Source of the DNA: Octopus sinensis
Taxonomy: Eukaryota
Length of the DNA stretch: 64,000 nt
Direction of reading: 5' to 3'
Assembly: GCF_006345805.1 (NCBI RefSeq)
Contig: NC_043001.1
Coordinates: 58,590,001 to 58,654,000 of the forward strand
The notes beneath the pieces were generated by a model that saw nothing but the letters and a program-made list of their open reading frames with translations, had not been told where the DNA came from and searched no databases. The stretch's first letter is position 1. The number at the start of each line of letters is the position of its first letter. Shown here in pieces: positions 28,361-42,079 of this stretch. Made by a program: the position numbers and the translations under genes.

Positions 28361-29341
28361 TTATGGGCTCGTTTGAAAGAGGGGAGTGTCGTATAGGGAA
28401 GAGGTGTGAAGTGGACGGGTCGGCCTGGAGATGCCGGAAAGCTCGAAGATGGTGCGTTGGAGAGGTAGGGTCGTGGGGTGGTAAGTGAGGGGAAAAGGGA
28501 GGCGGGTGACTACAGGGCGGGTTCGGGGAGAGAGAGCAGATGCACGGTCTACGGAACGTGCTCTGGCAAGGGCGGTGTGGATAGTGGTGAGGGGGTATCC
28601 ACGTAGGATGAAGTGGTGAGCCATACGATGAGACTGAGTCTCAAAGTCATGGTTGTCACTACAGAGCCTACGTAGACGGAGGAATTGGGAATAGGGGATG
28701 GAAAGCTTGGTGTGTTCTGGGTGGGAGGAAGAGAAGTTGAGGTATGAGTGTGAGTATGTGTGTTTGTAGTGAATGGAGGTGGTAAGAGTGGTGTGAAGAA
28801 TGCTGACCGAAATGTCGAGGAAGGAGACAGTGGTGTTGGAGATAGTGGAGGTGAAGTGGAGGGCTGGATGGAAAGATTGAACGAAAGAGAGGAAGGAATC
28901 TAGATGTTCACGGGAGAGTGAGGTGGCACCGATAATATCGTCATTGTAACGACCGTATAGTTCAAGAGTGGGACCAGTGAAATTAGAGAATATTTGGGCC
29001 TCAACATAGCCAACGAACAGGTTCGCATTGTTGGGGCCCATTCGCGTTCCCATGGCCACTCCCGAGACCTGATGGTAGAACTCGCCCGTGAACGAGAAGC
29101 AGTTGAGAGTGAGGACAAGTTCGGCCAGACGAATGAGTGTGGAGGTGTCAGGTTCAGGGTTGGGGCGGAGGTCAAGAAAGTGTTGAAGTGCCCGCAGTCC
29201 TTCGTGGTGAGGGATAACGGTATAGAGGCTCTGGATGTCCATAGTAAAAAGGATTTTGGAGGAGCCGGAAGGAAAGGAGAAAGAGTTAAAAATCCGGAGA
29301 ACATGGTTGGTATCGTGGATGTGGGAGGGAAGAGACGCCAC
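28361..29341 (-). CDS. PLE reverse transcriptase (partial, frameshifted near 28430)
   Basis: LFTMDIQSLYTVIPH; QVSGVAMGTRMGP; GRYNDD (canonical YIDD/YVDD altered); YKHTYSHSYL...SSHP; IPYSQFLRLRRLCS. Confidence 0.92.
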   Translation of the reverse strand: MASLPSHIHDTNHVLRIFNSFSFPSGSSKILFTMDIQSLYTVIPHHEGLRALQHFLDLRPNPEPDTSTLIRLAELVLTLNCFSFTGEFYHQVSGVAMGTRMGPNNANLFVGYVEAQIFSNFTGPTLELYGRYNDDIIGATSLSREHLDSFLSFVQSFHPALHFTSTISNTTVSFLDISVSILHTTLTTSIHYKHTYSHSYLNFSSSHPEHTKLSIPYSQFLRLRRLCSDNHDFETQSHRMAHHFILRGYPLTTIHTALARARSVDRASALSPRTRPVVTRLPFPLTYHPTTLPLQRTIFELSGISRPTRPLHTSSLYDTPLFQTSP

Positions 29342-29386
29342 TAGGGGGCAAGGACACGGTCGAGGTATTTAGAGATGAGCGGAGAC

Positions 29387-29482
<96 letters not shown>

Positions 29483-29486
29483 GAGT

Positions 29487-29570
29487 GGAGGCGCGTGGCT
29501 TAGTGGTTAGGGTGTCATCATCGCGATCGTAAGATTGTGGTTTCGATTCCTAGAACGGACCACGCGTTGA
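29487..29570 (+). mobile_element. tRNA-derived SINE head (second family), truncated
   Basis: A box TGGCTTAGTGG 29496-29506 and B-box-like GGTTTCGATTCC 29539-29550. Confidence 0.7.
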
Positions 29571-29849
29571 AACTGTGTTTGGTCTCGCTCCACACAACGG
29601 TCATCCACAATCCAGGCTTCCCTTGGAGCAACGGCTTGTTTTCACTTTACAGACTAATACCCCGCACGGACTCAACACAGCCCCCTCCTCTTAGTGACTG
29701 CGCGCCACCTCCCGCAACTTTTTTTTATTTCTTTTTTTTTCCTTATTTCATCCTTCTATTATTTTCATTCCTTTCCTTACGTGCTATTACGTCTTTTATA
29801 TTATTTATTGTCTTTTTTTATTATTTTATTGTTTTTATAAATTATTGTC

Positions 29850-30885
29850 CTTATACAGAAACACATACACACACATACTCACGTATCTACGAACACACAC
29901 ATACTTCCAACACACCACACACATACAACATACATGCACATATAGGCACACATACTTCCACACATATACACACACGCACACACACAAAAATACACCCACC
30001 CACACACATATGCCCGTGTACACACACACATACACAAACGCACACACACGCACAAGAATGCACACAAATCCCATCCAGCATACACAGACACACAAACCTT
30101 TAGGCACATACCTTTAGACACACACACATAAACGTACACATAGCCACATACACTCACATACTCAAGCACACGCGCGTACACACATTAAAATGAACGCAAC
30201 CTGACACACATCTCCACGGTCACACATACACACACACACATGCACGTACATACGCACACAATACACGCACGCACACATACACACGTACATACACACACAC
30301 CAGCACAGATGCCCACATATACCTCCAACAAACAATACTCATACAGATACGCACACACTTATACACACATGGGCACAGACACACACACACATACACGCAC
30401 GTAAGCGCACACCCGCACAGAAGCAGACGCACGCACATTACGACCACACAACTCCAACCCCCCACACACACGCATACACAAATTCACATATACACCGATA
30501 CATATACATACACACAATATATGCACAGACACACATACACATACGCACACATAAACATGCGCACACATACGCATGCACACATACGCATGCACACACGCAC
30601 ACCAATGCACACACCCAAAACTCACAACCCCACGGATGCACGCATATACATCCATATACGCTTACACACACACATACAAACGCACACACAACTACACGCA
30701 CATACGACACGCACGCACATGCATACACACACAAATGAACCCACACATACGTCCCATACACACGGCACACAATTATACATACACGCACACAATTATACAC
30801 ACATGTATACACACATACGCACGTACAAGCACACACGCAAACATACACTAAGTAACGCACAGTTATTCGCCACACACCCAAACTC
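29850..30885. repeat. ~1 kb degenerate (CA)n-derived low-complexity field
   Basis: Direct reading; CA/CACG/CATA mosaics. Confidence 0.85.
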
Positions 30886-30889
30886 TACG

Positions 30890-31310
30890 CATGATCATCA
30901 TCATTTTTCGACCGTGGTCGAGACAATGGAATTTACCATGCTACGCCAGACTTCACGGTCCATCATGGCATTACGGATGTCCTGTTGCTGGATGCCTGTA
31001 TCCCTGGAGATTACATCAGAGTAGGAGAGTGTGCGCCCTCTGGCATTGCGAGTAGATGGCTTGCAGAGGAGAAGAGTAGAAATTACCTCTTTTTCAGCTC
31101 TACAACAATGTCCAGCAAACTGGATCCTTCTACCTTTTACAGGAGATGACACAGGTGGTTGTTTCCCATATATTTGCATTTTGGTTGGATGGCGCTTCCA
31201 CGAGAGATTTTGAGCTCTCATAAGGAGTCGAGTGTAGGTTCCATCCAACCGCCTCTCAAGCTTCTTTGATAACGTCCAGGTTTCTGGGCCATATAGTAGA
31301 ATTGGTTCGA
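30890..31310 (-). mobile_element. RTE-type LINE 3' end with (GAT)n tail
   Basis: ORF 30901-31248: DGTYTRLLMRAQNLSWKRHPT...RRIQFAGHCCRA...AMMDREVWR, then a short GATGATGAT tail. Confidence 0.85.
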
Positions 31311-31619
31311 CTTTGAAGATTTCAAGTCTCTACGCATACACACACGAACACACACACTACAAACAAAACACACATACGATAAATATACATACACGCACAC
31401 ACATACTTCAAAGTAACAGTATTGGCCTGTGGCAGGGACAAAAAAACACCACTCCTTATTCTACTAGCCCTACAAACTAGCCCTACTACTAGCCCTTTGT
31501 TTACAGCCACAACCACACACACATACACAAACACACACACACACGCAGACCTCCGCGCACGCACATATCCACACTTACACACACATTCCCCCTCTACCAT
31601 TCTGCTGTCTTTGACAATA

Positions 31620-31880
31620 CTACTCTTCTGTCTTTGAAAACATCTTTCTTCACCCTTTTCCTTCCGGTCTTTCAAAATGTGACCTCGTGTGTACCGTTGG
31701 CGATTTTTTTCCTCTGTCTTCCCTTCTCTGGATCTTTTCTTCTCCTATGTTTCCGACGTAGAGCTCCGCTCGAATCGTTAAACCCTCCTCCTTTCCTTCT
31801 TTCCTGAGCGTCTAATAATACTATATTTGTTCCACGTCCTAGCGTTGTTGTGTTTTTTGTGCTTTTTTGTTTGGATTAAC
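31620..31880 (+). mobile_element. Penelope-like pseudo-LTR fragment
   Basis: Pyrimidine-rich segment containing the decayed HHR at 31749-31783 and ending at a (TA)/(TACA) microsatellite. Boundaries are approximate. Confidence 0.5.
31749..31783 (+). ncRNA. Decayed hammerhead motif
   Basis: GTTT-CCGACGT-A-GAGC-TCC-GCTC-GAATC-GT-T-AAAC. Stems I, II and III are recognisable; three core substitutions. Confidence 0.55.
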
Positions 31881-33331
31881 TTTATATATATATATACATA
31901 CATACATGCATACATACATACATATACAACTGTAAAATGAATGCATAAGAACTATATGATGTGTTGGTGGGTATGTAGTCATAAACAAATGATAAGTCAA
32001 AAGAATATACATTTGCAAATTTATAGCTATTGTTATGTGGAATATTGGTTACTCTAGAGGTCTTACTGGGGACAAATATAAAAACATATAACTATGTGTA
32101 TTGGGAAAATTTTAGTCATACCAGATAAATAACTAATAGTAAAGGGAGGTAATTGCCTTAGTGGTGGTGAGAGGAGAGAGATACGTTCGTAGAAAAGCAA
32201 AATCTTGTGACCCTTCTTCTTTTCAATGACCGTAGCATCACAATTAGAGAAAGCTTCATGGTAAGGCCAGCCAGTTCTATACATCACACAGACAAACGCA
32301 CACAGAAATAGATGCGCGCACAAACTACTTATGGTAAGTAGATAAATAATATTTTTTAATAGCATTGTTGGTTGTGATGACAATTATTGATTGACTAAAA
32401 TGTATTAATAGTAGTGAGATTGGTGTTGCTGTAGGTGTTGATGGTGGTTATGGCGACATTGAAAGCAAAATTAAAACAATGAAAATCTATGTACATTTAT
32501 GTGCATTCCGAGAAGGTTAAACAATTTTTTCTACAATTTGAAGGAAGAGATATTTTTCAATTAAGGCAGATCTCTTAACAACTACTTAGGGTGATGTCCA
32601 TGGCTGTCAAGCCCACACTGGCTACGCCTTTCATATATATAATTACAATGCGCACTCTTCTATCTCTATTATCACTTCTCTGTCTATCTCTCTCCCTCTT
32701 TTGTTGTTCATCCTTTCTGGTTTTCTCTCCCACCCTTCCCTATTCTCCTCTTCACCATTCCCTCTCTCTCACTCTTCCTCCTTAATTCTCTCGTTTCTGA
32801 CATGCGACGAAAGGGAATCTATCTTTCTGCCCATTTGTTTCCTAAGACAATACATGCTTATACTGTCTCCTCTCATAAGCTCGTTTTCCTAGCATTCATA
32901 ATGATTTTTCTATCGTCTTGACTTAACAGCCCTCGCCTTTTGTTTTTACTGTCATGTTCTCACTCTCCTGTTCTTGTTATCACTTTCACCCTCCGCAAAA
33001 AATCCCAAATTTTATTTAATTTGCTTTGCGGGAAGGACAATTTCATCGAAGTCGCGTATTGTCCTTGCATTCAACGCGGAGTAGATGAAGCAGGGACAAC
33101 TGGTGAAGGAGAATATTCTTTATGTTGCATGTCACGTTTCTCTGTTTGTTTTTCTCGTTGTTCGAAAAGTTCGTTTTCTATATTTTTTGTTTTATGTTTT
33201 CGTTTCTCACTGTGTTCAACGTTTTTTTGATGTCTTGTACCCATATACGCATGTATTTATACGTATATATGTAGGTATTTAGATATATGTATGTATATAT
33301 GCATATATTTATATATTATATACATCATATG

Positions 33332-33405
<74 letters not shown>

Positions 33406-33408
33406 ATG

Positions 33409-33463
<55 letters not shown>

Positions 33464-33564
33464 CATACAAACACACACACACTCGCATATATATGTATAT
33501 ATAAATATATATATATATATACACACATATAACACACACACACTCACATATATATGTATATATA

Positions 33565-33624
<60 letters not shown>

Positions 33625-33834
33625 TATAAAACGACCTGAACAACCTCAAAGCAGGCGAAAGGAAAACTACTATTTAATGAGGTACTTGCCACTACGAAAT
33701 ATTAATTTGTTAAAATTACGTATCTTATATGTTCCAGCAAATTTCTTCTTGTACATTCTCAAAAAAGATGCCTCTTTTCTTCTGAAATATTTAGAAGTGG
33801 ACAAGGTACGTTGCGTTAATTCTTTCAGCTTGAA

Positions 33835-34050
33835 GTCGGTGAGCTGCCACAATAATTAGCGTACCGGCAATAATGCCTAGCGGCATTTAGTCCGTCTTTA
33901 TGATCTGAGTTCAAATTCCAGCGAGGTTGACTTTGGATTTCACCCTTTCGGGTTGATGAAATAAGTACCAGTTGAGCACTGGGATTGATGCAATCGACGT
34001 ACATCCTCACACAAAATTTCAGGCCTTCAGCCTATAATAGACTGGAATTG
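33835..34050 (+). mobile_element. tRNA-derived SINE
   Basis: B box GAGTTCAAATTCC; body homologous to 11235-11456. Confidence 0.8.
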
Positions 34051-34804
34051 TTTCTTTCGACTGTTCGGACTGTATTCAGATATCACCAATATCAGCTTTG
34101 GTATGCATTATGTCAGAGTCAATAAAATAAAGTGACGGACTTGTTAGAGATTCAGATGAAGATAACCTGCAGATTTTTCGGACATATTGTGTTCTGCTTC
34201 TTTGTGTGGTAGACTCTATGCGTGTTCCGGCTTACAACTACTATTTTTGGCACTTGTATACTGAAGCGTTTAATAGGTCAAATAGTGGGTAAAAACCGGG
34301 AGACGGATTAAAGCGTTCAACTTATTCACTTCAGTTACCCTTATAATCCTTTTATTTCCCATCCTCCCTAAGCTCTGATAGATTCGTGATAGAATTGTTT
34401 GTGCATCTGTTATGTCCTCTGGTGTTATTAGACATATATGATATTCTTATTCCTTACACTGTTTTTAGAAATAACCAGAGAAGATAACTTCTAGCCATTA
34501 ATTAAAGCAGTCTTTAAATCTAAATTTCATAGTTGATGACATTTCCTCTCACATAATCGGTGGAAAAAAAGAGTATCAGTTTTGGAGTATTTATTTCTAC
34601 TTTGGTCTAGTTTTAACTTTTTAATATTTTAAAGGTGAGCAATACTCTCCATATCTTATTTGATCAGTTAAGAAAATCTGAAGCATTATCTACACACACG
34701 CATTACACACACACGCACACACACACACAAGGACACAAGCATACACACATTCATACATATGTATATACATACACATAAACATACACACATGAGCTCACGC
34801 ACAT

Positions 34805-34840
<36 letters not shown>

Positions 34841-35439
34841 TATATATATATATATAATATATATATATATATGCGTATGTGTATGCGTGTGTGTGTGTGT
34901 GTGTGCATATATACACACACAAATAAAAATATATGAAATACCGTATAACATAAATTCTTGATGTATTTAAATCCTCTCTGCCTCTAAATGGATATATTTT
35001 AATAAGCAAATTCCAATTAAAATCAGCTCCACTCGAGAAAGGCAGATAGTCTAAATGATCAAGAATTTCTCCGATGTTGACATGCCGTTAATGTAAAGAA
35101 CAGAGTCGTTATCTAGAGATAAGCGGCCAGATTGTAAACACTTGTTTTTGGCTCAATATCAATCAGTCCAGGATTATTCCACTGGCCAAAATATTAGGTC
35201 GAACAACTGACGTGCCACGAGAGTCAACATCTGAAAATTTTGGAAAGCTGAGATTCTTACAAGTGGAACTGGTCGTAATTATATTTTGTTACATATGATA
35301 CATCCCCTAAAGTTGGAGGTAATGATATTCAATGAAGCATTTATGCTGTATGTTCTTTAGATGTCAGTTTTATTGAAATATTTCACATGAGCCATTGAGT
35401 TATTTCTCTTAGCACACTTTTGCTTACATATATATATAT

Positions 35440-36150
35440 CAGGCTGAGTAAAAAGTAAGGAATGTTTTGAAACAGGAAATTCATTACAATATATTTCAAC
35501 AATGCTGAAATGTCATTCGTCAAAGTAAGTACTATTGCATTCAACACATTTTTGCGAACGAGTTACAAATTTGTTTATAGCATAAAAGTCTGGAATTCTG
35601 GAGCTGATGAACTCTTTGAACGCACTTTCAGCATCATGCTATTTTAACTTCTTCTCTCACAGGAAACCATCAACGTGATTGAAAAAGTGGTAGTCGGTAG
35701 GAAAAATGTCTGGGGAATAAACTGGATGGGAAAGAACTTCGTAGCCCAGTACCTTCAACTTCTGGAGCATCATTAGTAAAAAGTATGGTCGAGCATTGTC
35801 ATGAAGAATGATTGGCCCCCTTCCGTTCACCAGTCTAGGACGGAGGAGTATCAGTTTTAGGTTCATTTTAGCAATATCATTTTAGCAATATGTTTCTGCA
35901 GTAATACTTTTTTCTTGGATTTTAAGAAGTTATAGTGGGTGAGTCCATTAGTAGACCACCAAATAATCACTATAACCTTCTTTTTGAAGAGCTCGGGTTC
36001 AGGGAAGGTTTTCGGTGCTTCGCTTTGGTCAAACAAGTACGAAGAACGTTTTTTTTTTATTGTACAGAATCCACTTATCATCGCGAGCTACAATACAGTC
36101 GAGAAATGAATCAGTCTGATTACGGAGAAGCGACGAGCAAATTTCACATC
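35440..36150 (-). pseudogene. Mariner transposase remnant
   Basis: ORFs 35863-36081 (KKVIVIIWWSTNGLTHYNFL) and 35657-35866 (PIILHDNARP...HPVYSPDIFPTDYHFF). Confidence 0.85.
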
Positions 36151-39100
36151 TGCGCATTTTCTAATGGCTCTCCCCTCAGAAAAATTGCATATTTTGTATG
36201 GGGAATTTCGGATTTCTATCTTTTGAATACTGGAATATACGAATGTATAAAATGATAATAGATTTTAAAACAAAAGCTTGAGACTAGGATGAGTGTATAG
36301 GCTTAAAGGTATGAGTAAATGATGAAGTACTAAATTTGCTACTTGATTTTCTGCTTTTACAGAATCGTAATCCAAACATTTTAATTTCTATATGAAAAGC
36401 AAATGTAATGGAAGAGCTTACTTCTTTCCACCTCCAAATCTTTTGTTAAACTTTCTTTCAAAATTTAACATTTTGAACTATTGTATACTTTCTGCTCACA
36501 TTAAGATGCCTTTTGAAATATATGGTTAAACTTGAATATTTTGTTTTGAAGACATTTTGATAAATTGTTTTGATACTAACGTATGTACTTTTATACTTTT
36601 GAAAATAAAGCGTAGTAAGAGTTGTATATTCTTACGCAGATAACGTATTATACTTACGAAAGAATGGGGTAATTTCCAAAAGATGTTGTGATCCTAACCT
36701 GCTACACTGGCCATATATATACTTGCAAACTACTAACTTGAAATCTACCAGGAGATGTCACTGCAACTTTTAGCACATTAAAGCTTCAATCCAAATAACT
36801 TTTTATCTCAACATTCACTTGATATATTTTCATATCCTGCGTTTCTATCTTGCATTTTCAGACATAGAGGAATTAAGATGTGTGTGTATTTTTGGTAACT
36901 TACTGAAACGGAACCCACAAATTTCAGTATCCCTTTCATGTATTATCTGGGGACTGATTGAAAGCATCAGTGCATGTTAACCTTTAACCGTCTGCCTGTG
37001 ATTAATTTCTAGTCAAACTATTTCACAGCAGCATTATGCTTGGCTTGTCTTGTCATGGGCATTTCCACAACAAATTACATTTAAACAGCAACTTGGGACT
37101 TATCCATTTTCTATCACAGAATTATGTCTTATATGAAATATGCTATCAAAAACTATGCATGTCTCATAAAGTCTCTTACAAGGCCGCATCATTCTACAGA
37201 GCTAAGTTAGACGAAATAAATCCCATCATGGATAATACAACATTTTATCGGTAACTATGACCAAGGATCCGATAAACAGTATGCGGGACAACAAATGAGA
37301 TTGAGATAAGCAGAATTAAGAAATCTGCCTAAATCCTGTATTTTTATTGATATTGTTAATTCTGTGTATTATCTATTTCGGCCGTTCACTTTTGCAGATG
37401 AATTGTTATCACCAATGCCAGTAAGAAAATATTTAGCGGTCTATTTTTATGTCTGTTTTAGCTTCAAATCTAACGCGATAGCAATTTATGAAACCCTTGC
37501 TACCTTTACGCATGTGACAGCCAAGCAAAAATGTAAACAAAACAATAAATACTTCTACCCTTTCCTCCATGGGATAATTTTTAGACCATGTAACGAACAA
37601 AATCTTTCAGATAAGCACTATTAAATCTCAAATGACAATCTGGAATGACAAACTCTTTTTCTAGAATTAAAAGAAAAAATCTTATCTGTACGAGCAGAGA
37701 GATAGCGAGGTATCCTATTTCCCTAGATAGTGTTTTTTTATTTTGTTTTATTTATCATACCATTCTGTCAATCCGTTGATTCTCTTTCCTCCAACGCTTT
37801 TCTTATTTCTTTCTTTTCAAACGGTTGTTTCAAACATTTTTTTTTAACTTTCATGCTGATACTTTCGCTTACTTGTTCACTCTGATTCTCATTTAGAAAA
37901 TACCTCTTCCTCTCTGTTTACTTATTTTATTATTTATTTATCTATTTATTTATTTATCTTTTCTTCTGCCCCAGTCAATCTGTCACGTGCTTTTCATGTT
38001 TCTCGTCTCAGGACACTTCAATTTATTGACTCAACTTATTTTCTCTCTCTTCCTCTTAGCTTTTCCCTTTGCTTTCCTAATTCGCTTTCTCCCGCCTTCC
38101 ATTCCCAAATTTTCCCTATTTTTATTCATTTATCAATTTATTGTTCTTACTTTTACTTTTTGTAAAACTTAACTTTCATACATCTAAAGAATGAAATCAA
38201 TACACACACTTCTGTACAAATAAATTTAGAATCATTTGTGCGTAATAAGGCCGTTGCCGTTTTTTGTGGCGGGGAGGGAACAAGCAAAAAAAGAATCAGT
38301 ACAAAAAGAGAAGACAAACTCAAAAAGAAAGAAAAAATTTGACATCTGCGTTTTCGCCAGCACATAGGCTGTAGAGAAAGACATGCCACAATGTTTTTTT
38401 CCCCTCTTCAAAAACTGGGGTGCACAAAAAATTAAAACCTCTAATTGTCTGACTGGATCGCTATCAGGCTTGCTGTCCTTCAATTAAGAAACATGCCTTT
38501 GGCTTGTATGTAAGGTTTTATATATTCCCTTATGTCCTTTCAACGCGATGGTAAGGAAAGTGATAGCACAATCAAATAAAATTAGAAAAGGAAAAAAAGG
38601 AAAGTCATACTTGGCTGATATTCGATTGTATATATTCATTCCAGGACATTGTGGCGATAGTAGTGATGAGAACGTAGGTTGGTTTGGATTGATTTTTGAT
38701 ATTCACATTTCAAGATCTCCCAACACCACCTCACAAAACAAGTAAACCATACACAGACAACTATGAAATAAGCAAATGTATATAATATGTACGAGAGAAG
38801 ACAAATGCAAAATGCGAGGGAAGGAAATGTGCAAGTATGCGAAAAAAATGTAATGCTTTTTGACTCCTCTAACTGTTACCCATACTCATTTGAATTAATG
38901 ATGTTGTTATTGATGTTGAACTAGAGTCCAAGCTTCTGCTGATGATGCCCTAGCCGTCGCCATTCTTTTTCGTACTGATTATCTTAGATTATCTTTTTCG
39001 TACTGATTATCTTAGATTGAATTATCTCTTGTGTCCTCCATTTCAGTATAATGTAAGTCAGGAGGGGGATGTCGCTACTGTTTTTAATCGTATATTAACT

Positions 39101-39188
39101 AGGGACATAACAATTCATTCCTTCATAAATAAATGATAAATTTCCTAGCTTAAAATAAAACAGAAACAAGTACATCATATGTGTGTGT

Positions 39189-39247
39189 GCATGTGCGTGC
39201 GAGCCTGCATGTGCGTGCGAGCCTGCATGTGCGTGCGAGCCTGCATG
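39189..39247. repeat. 18-bp minisatellite GCATGTGCGTGCGAGCCT x3
   Basis: Three exact tandem copies. Confidence 0.9.
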
Positions 39248-39666
39248 CGTGTATGTATATATATATATATAATTTATACATAAGTTATATATTAAGGAAA
39301 AGTGAGAATAAAGAGATAAGTGGAATATATGAATAGGTGTTGAGTACCTACTAACCACTTCACTGTTTAAACGCGGATAATCATTGGAGGTCACATGGTT
39401 GCTTTAATCTAATTCATATAAATATTACTTGCTGGAATAATGTGAACATCCCTGCCTGACTATTGGACATTAGTGACCACATTGTGTTAATGCATACCCT
39501 TCTTTCAACATCACCAAAAATGTCAACTGCATCAAAGAGAGGCTTTGCAATGCACAAGCCCAAAATATATTTAATCTGATTGTTATTATTGCTTGTAAAG
39601 TTTTGGGACCTGGTGGCTAATCTATGAACGCATTACCATTCTTCATCACCGTTATTATCATTATTA

Positions 39667-39722
<56 letters not shown>

Positions 39723-39752
39723 TTATTATTATTATTATTATTATTTATATTT

Positions 39753-39968
39753 AGGCGGCGGGTGGTAGAATCGTAGCATGCTGTCCAAAATCCTTAGCGG
39801 CATTTCGCCCGTCTTTACGTTCTTAGCTGAAATTCCGCTGTTGTCAACTTTGCCCTTTCATCCTTTCGGGGTCGATAAATTAAGTACCAGTGAAATACTG
39901 GGTTAGTTATATTCGACTAGTCCCTTTCCCACAAAATTCCAGGCCTTGTGTCCTTAATAGAAAAGATT
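39753..39968 (+). mobile_element. tRNA-derived SINE (copy 1 of a tandem trio)
   Basis: Homologous to 11235-11456; preceded by an (ATT)n array. Confidence 0.8.
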
Positions 39969-39994
39969 ATCATTATTATTATCACTAAGACAAT

Positions 39995-40210
39995 GTTGCG
40001 AGCTGGCAGAATTTTTAGCTCGCCGGGCGAAATTCTTAGCCATATTTCGGCCGTCGCTACGTTCTGAGTTTAAATTCTGCCGAAGTCGTCATTGCTCTTC
40101 ATCTTTTCGGGGTCGATAAATTAAGTGCCAGTTGATTGCTGGGGTCAATGCAATCGACTACCGTCTCCCCCAAATTTCAGCCCTTGTGCCTATAGTAGAA
40201 AGGATTATTA
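39995..40210 (+). mobile_element. tRNA-derived SINE (copy 2 of trio)
   Basis: GCGAGCTGGCAGAAT head, GAGTTTAAATTC B-box-like, same body. Confidence 0.8.
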
Positions 40211-40216
40211 TTGCTA

Positions 40217-40435
40217 AGACAGCCATTTAGCAGAATTATTAGCACGCAGAGACAAAAGTGACAGCCTCATTTCACTCGTCTTTACGTTCTGTGTTCATAT
40301 TCTACCGAGGTTGACTTGCCTTTCATCCTTTCGGAGGCAATAAAATATGTGCCAATCGAGTAGTGGGGTCCATGTAATCGATTTACGCCCTCTTCTGTAA
40401 TTGATGGCCTTCTGCCAAACTTTGAAACCATTATT
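40217..40435 (+). mobile_element. tRNA-derived SINE (copy 3 of trio, more diverged)
   Basis: Same body blocks (TTTCATCCTTTCGG, ATGTAATCGA) and an ATT tail. Confidence 0.7.
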
Positions 40436-41705
40436 ATTTCTTCTGTTGCTGTTGTTCTTGTTGTTATTGCTTATTTATCAGGAAGACGCGGTTTCTTTCT
40501 TTTAACTCGTCGTTTAACAATGTTTAATCTTTTTTTTTTCTGCGAAACTGACCTGCATTCTAAGCAGCAGATCTTGCTCATTTTCTACGGCTGTTCGTAA
40601 CGGAATTTGGTGATTTTTACTTCAAATGTAATCGTTCTTTTAAAACAAAGGCAATGAACAGTATGAATAGCTGTTGGAAAAACCACTAAAAACAGGATTT
40701 CTAACAGATTAATTTTCACTAATCACTTAACCGTAGCCGTTGCAGGAAAAATAGCAAGAATGTGTCAAGCAAAGAAGTAAAGAAAAACCAGCTGAAAAGC
40801 ACCACGCCACACGCGAGATTATCAGTGACACTAATCAACAGTAACAGTAACTACAGAAATTTACCTAGCAAAAACACCACAACAACACTATCAGCCTAAT
40901 ACAAAATTCAGCAGTTATAGCAATCCCTGTACCACCACCGCCAGAACTGCAACAGATATTCAATAACTCAAAAACTAAACTATACGACAACTATCACTTT
41001 TAAAGCAGTAATCTGATCCATCACCGGTAAAGGCATTAACCATCGTAATGCAAGGGACGGCAAAAATTGTAGTCACATAATAAATCAATCAGTATCTTTT
41101 GCCGATGCTGCTTGAATCACAACATTTTGGAGCTGTAGGGAGAATTAATTAAAGAATGTTTTTCCCCTCAAAAGGAAAAGCAAATCTAGTGTTATCCAGT
41201 CACTTTCTCAACAAAACTAATCATTGCATGCTGGCTTAACGTAGCATCGCCGTTCATTCTTCGCCTCGCAAAAACCATTTTCATAAGTGTGTCCTTAACG
41301 TCCGTTGTTAGCCCTTACTCTATTCGCTCTGAGTAATATAAGGTTTTTCCTTCTCTAAATCTCGAGTTACTTTGCGATTGAAAAAAATTGGCAATGTGTA
41401 TCATTTATGGGTCCTGTACGCCAGGGAAATATACATATGGTATCCCATGTGATCCGGTGTATCACATGTGTGCCACTTGCAACATCGTCAACGCCTCTAA
41501 TATGAGAAAAAGAATCTCGAAAGCTAGGTTATTGTATATGTACAGAAATAAATGCCTGATGAAACTTAGAAAATGTTGAAGTTCCACTAGATGTGACAAC
41601 ATAAGTGGTGCGTTATGTGCATACAATTATTAGACGGAATCGTGCTGTTTTCGAACTTGTTCTTGGTCTAATGGTTATGATGATTGTTCCACGATCATCT
41701 GTCTG

Positions 41706-41750
<45 letters not shown>

Positions 41751-42079
41751 ATTTATAAGGGAAGGAGTTACATGTTATCACCTCTACCTACATTTTAAAC
41801 TGTAGAAGTAATATTCAATATAATGTCTCCTGTTGCATTACAAATGGCTGAAAAGTAGAGTAAGGTATCAAATTTCAATGTTTTCATGGTCATATTTACA
41901 ATTGTGCTGGTTGTGTAGTACTGGTCATATACTTGCTTAAATAGATGACGTAGTTTTCAGATAATATTATTTTGGTGAAATTCATTACATTTAACAGATA
42001 ACAGTTCAAGTTTTTTTTTTCTGTCGATCAACTATGTTTCGATTGATTAATACGATTGAATTAGACTTGGTAATACTTA

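Larger units (their letters stand above)
27140..29388 (-). mobile_element. Penelope-like element (Neptune-type), 5'-truncated, inserted between (ATCT)n and (TA)n
   Basis: RT ORF followed by a Cys-rich linker and GIY-YIG ORF, a long pyrimidine-rich 3'UTR, and a terminal segment with a hammerhead motif. Confidence 0.93.

Noticed and set aside
32215-32266. Possible 25-nt micro-exon (pyrimidine tract-CGTAG ... ATG/GTAAGG)
   Set aside because: Splice-like strings of this quality arise by chance; no supporting neighbouring exons.
33034-33067. 9-bp inverted repeat AAGGACAAT/ATTGTCCTT (paired SOX-like sites or hairpin)
   Set aside because: Too short to distinguish from chance in 64 kb without conservation data.
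41388-41579. Cys-rich ORF (CTPGKY...CDPVYHMCATC) resembling a furin-like repeat exon
   Set aside because: Cysteine spacing is incomplete and there are no convincing flanking splice sites.
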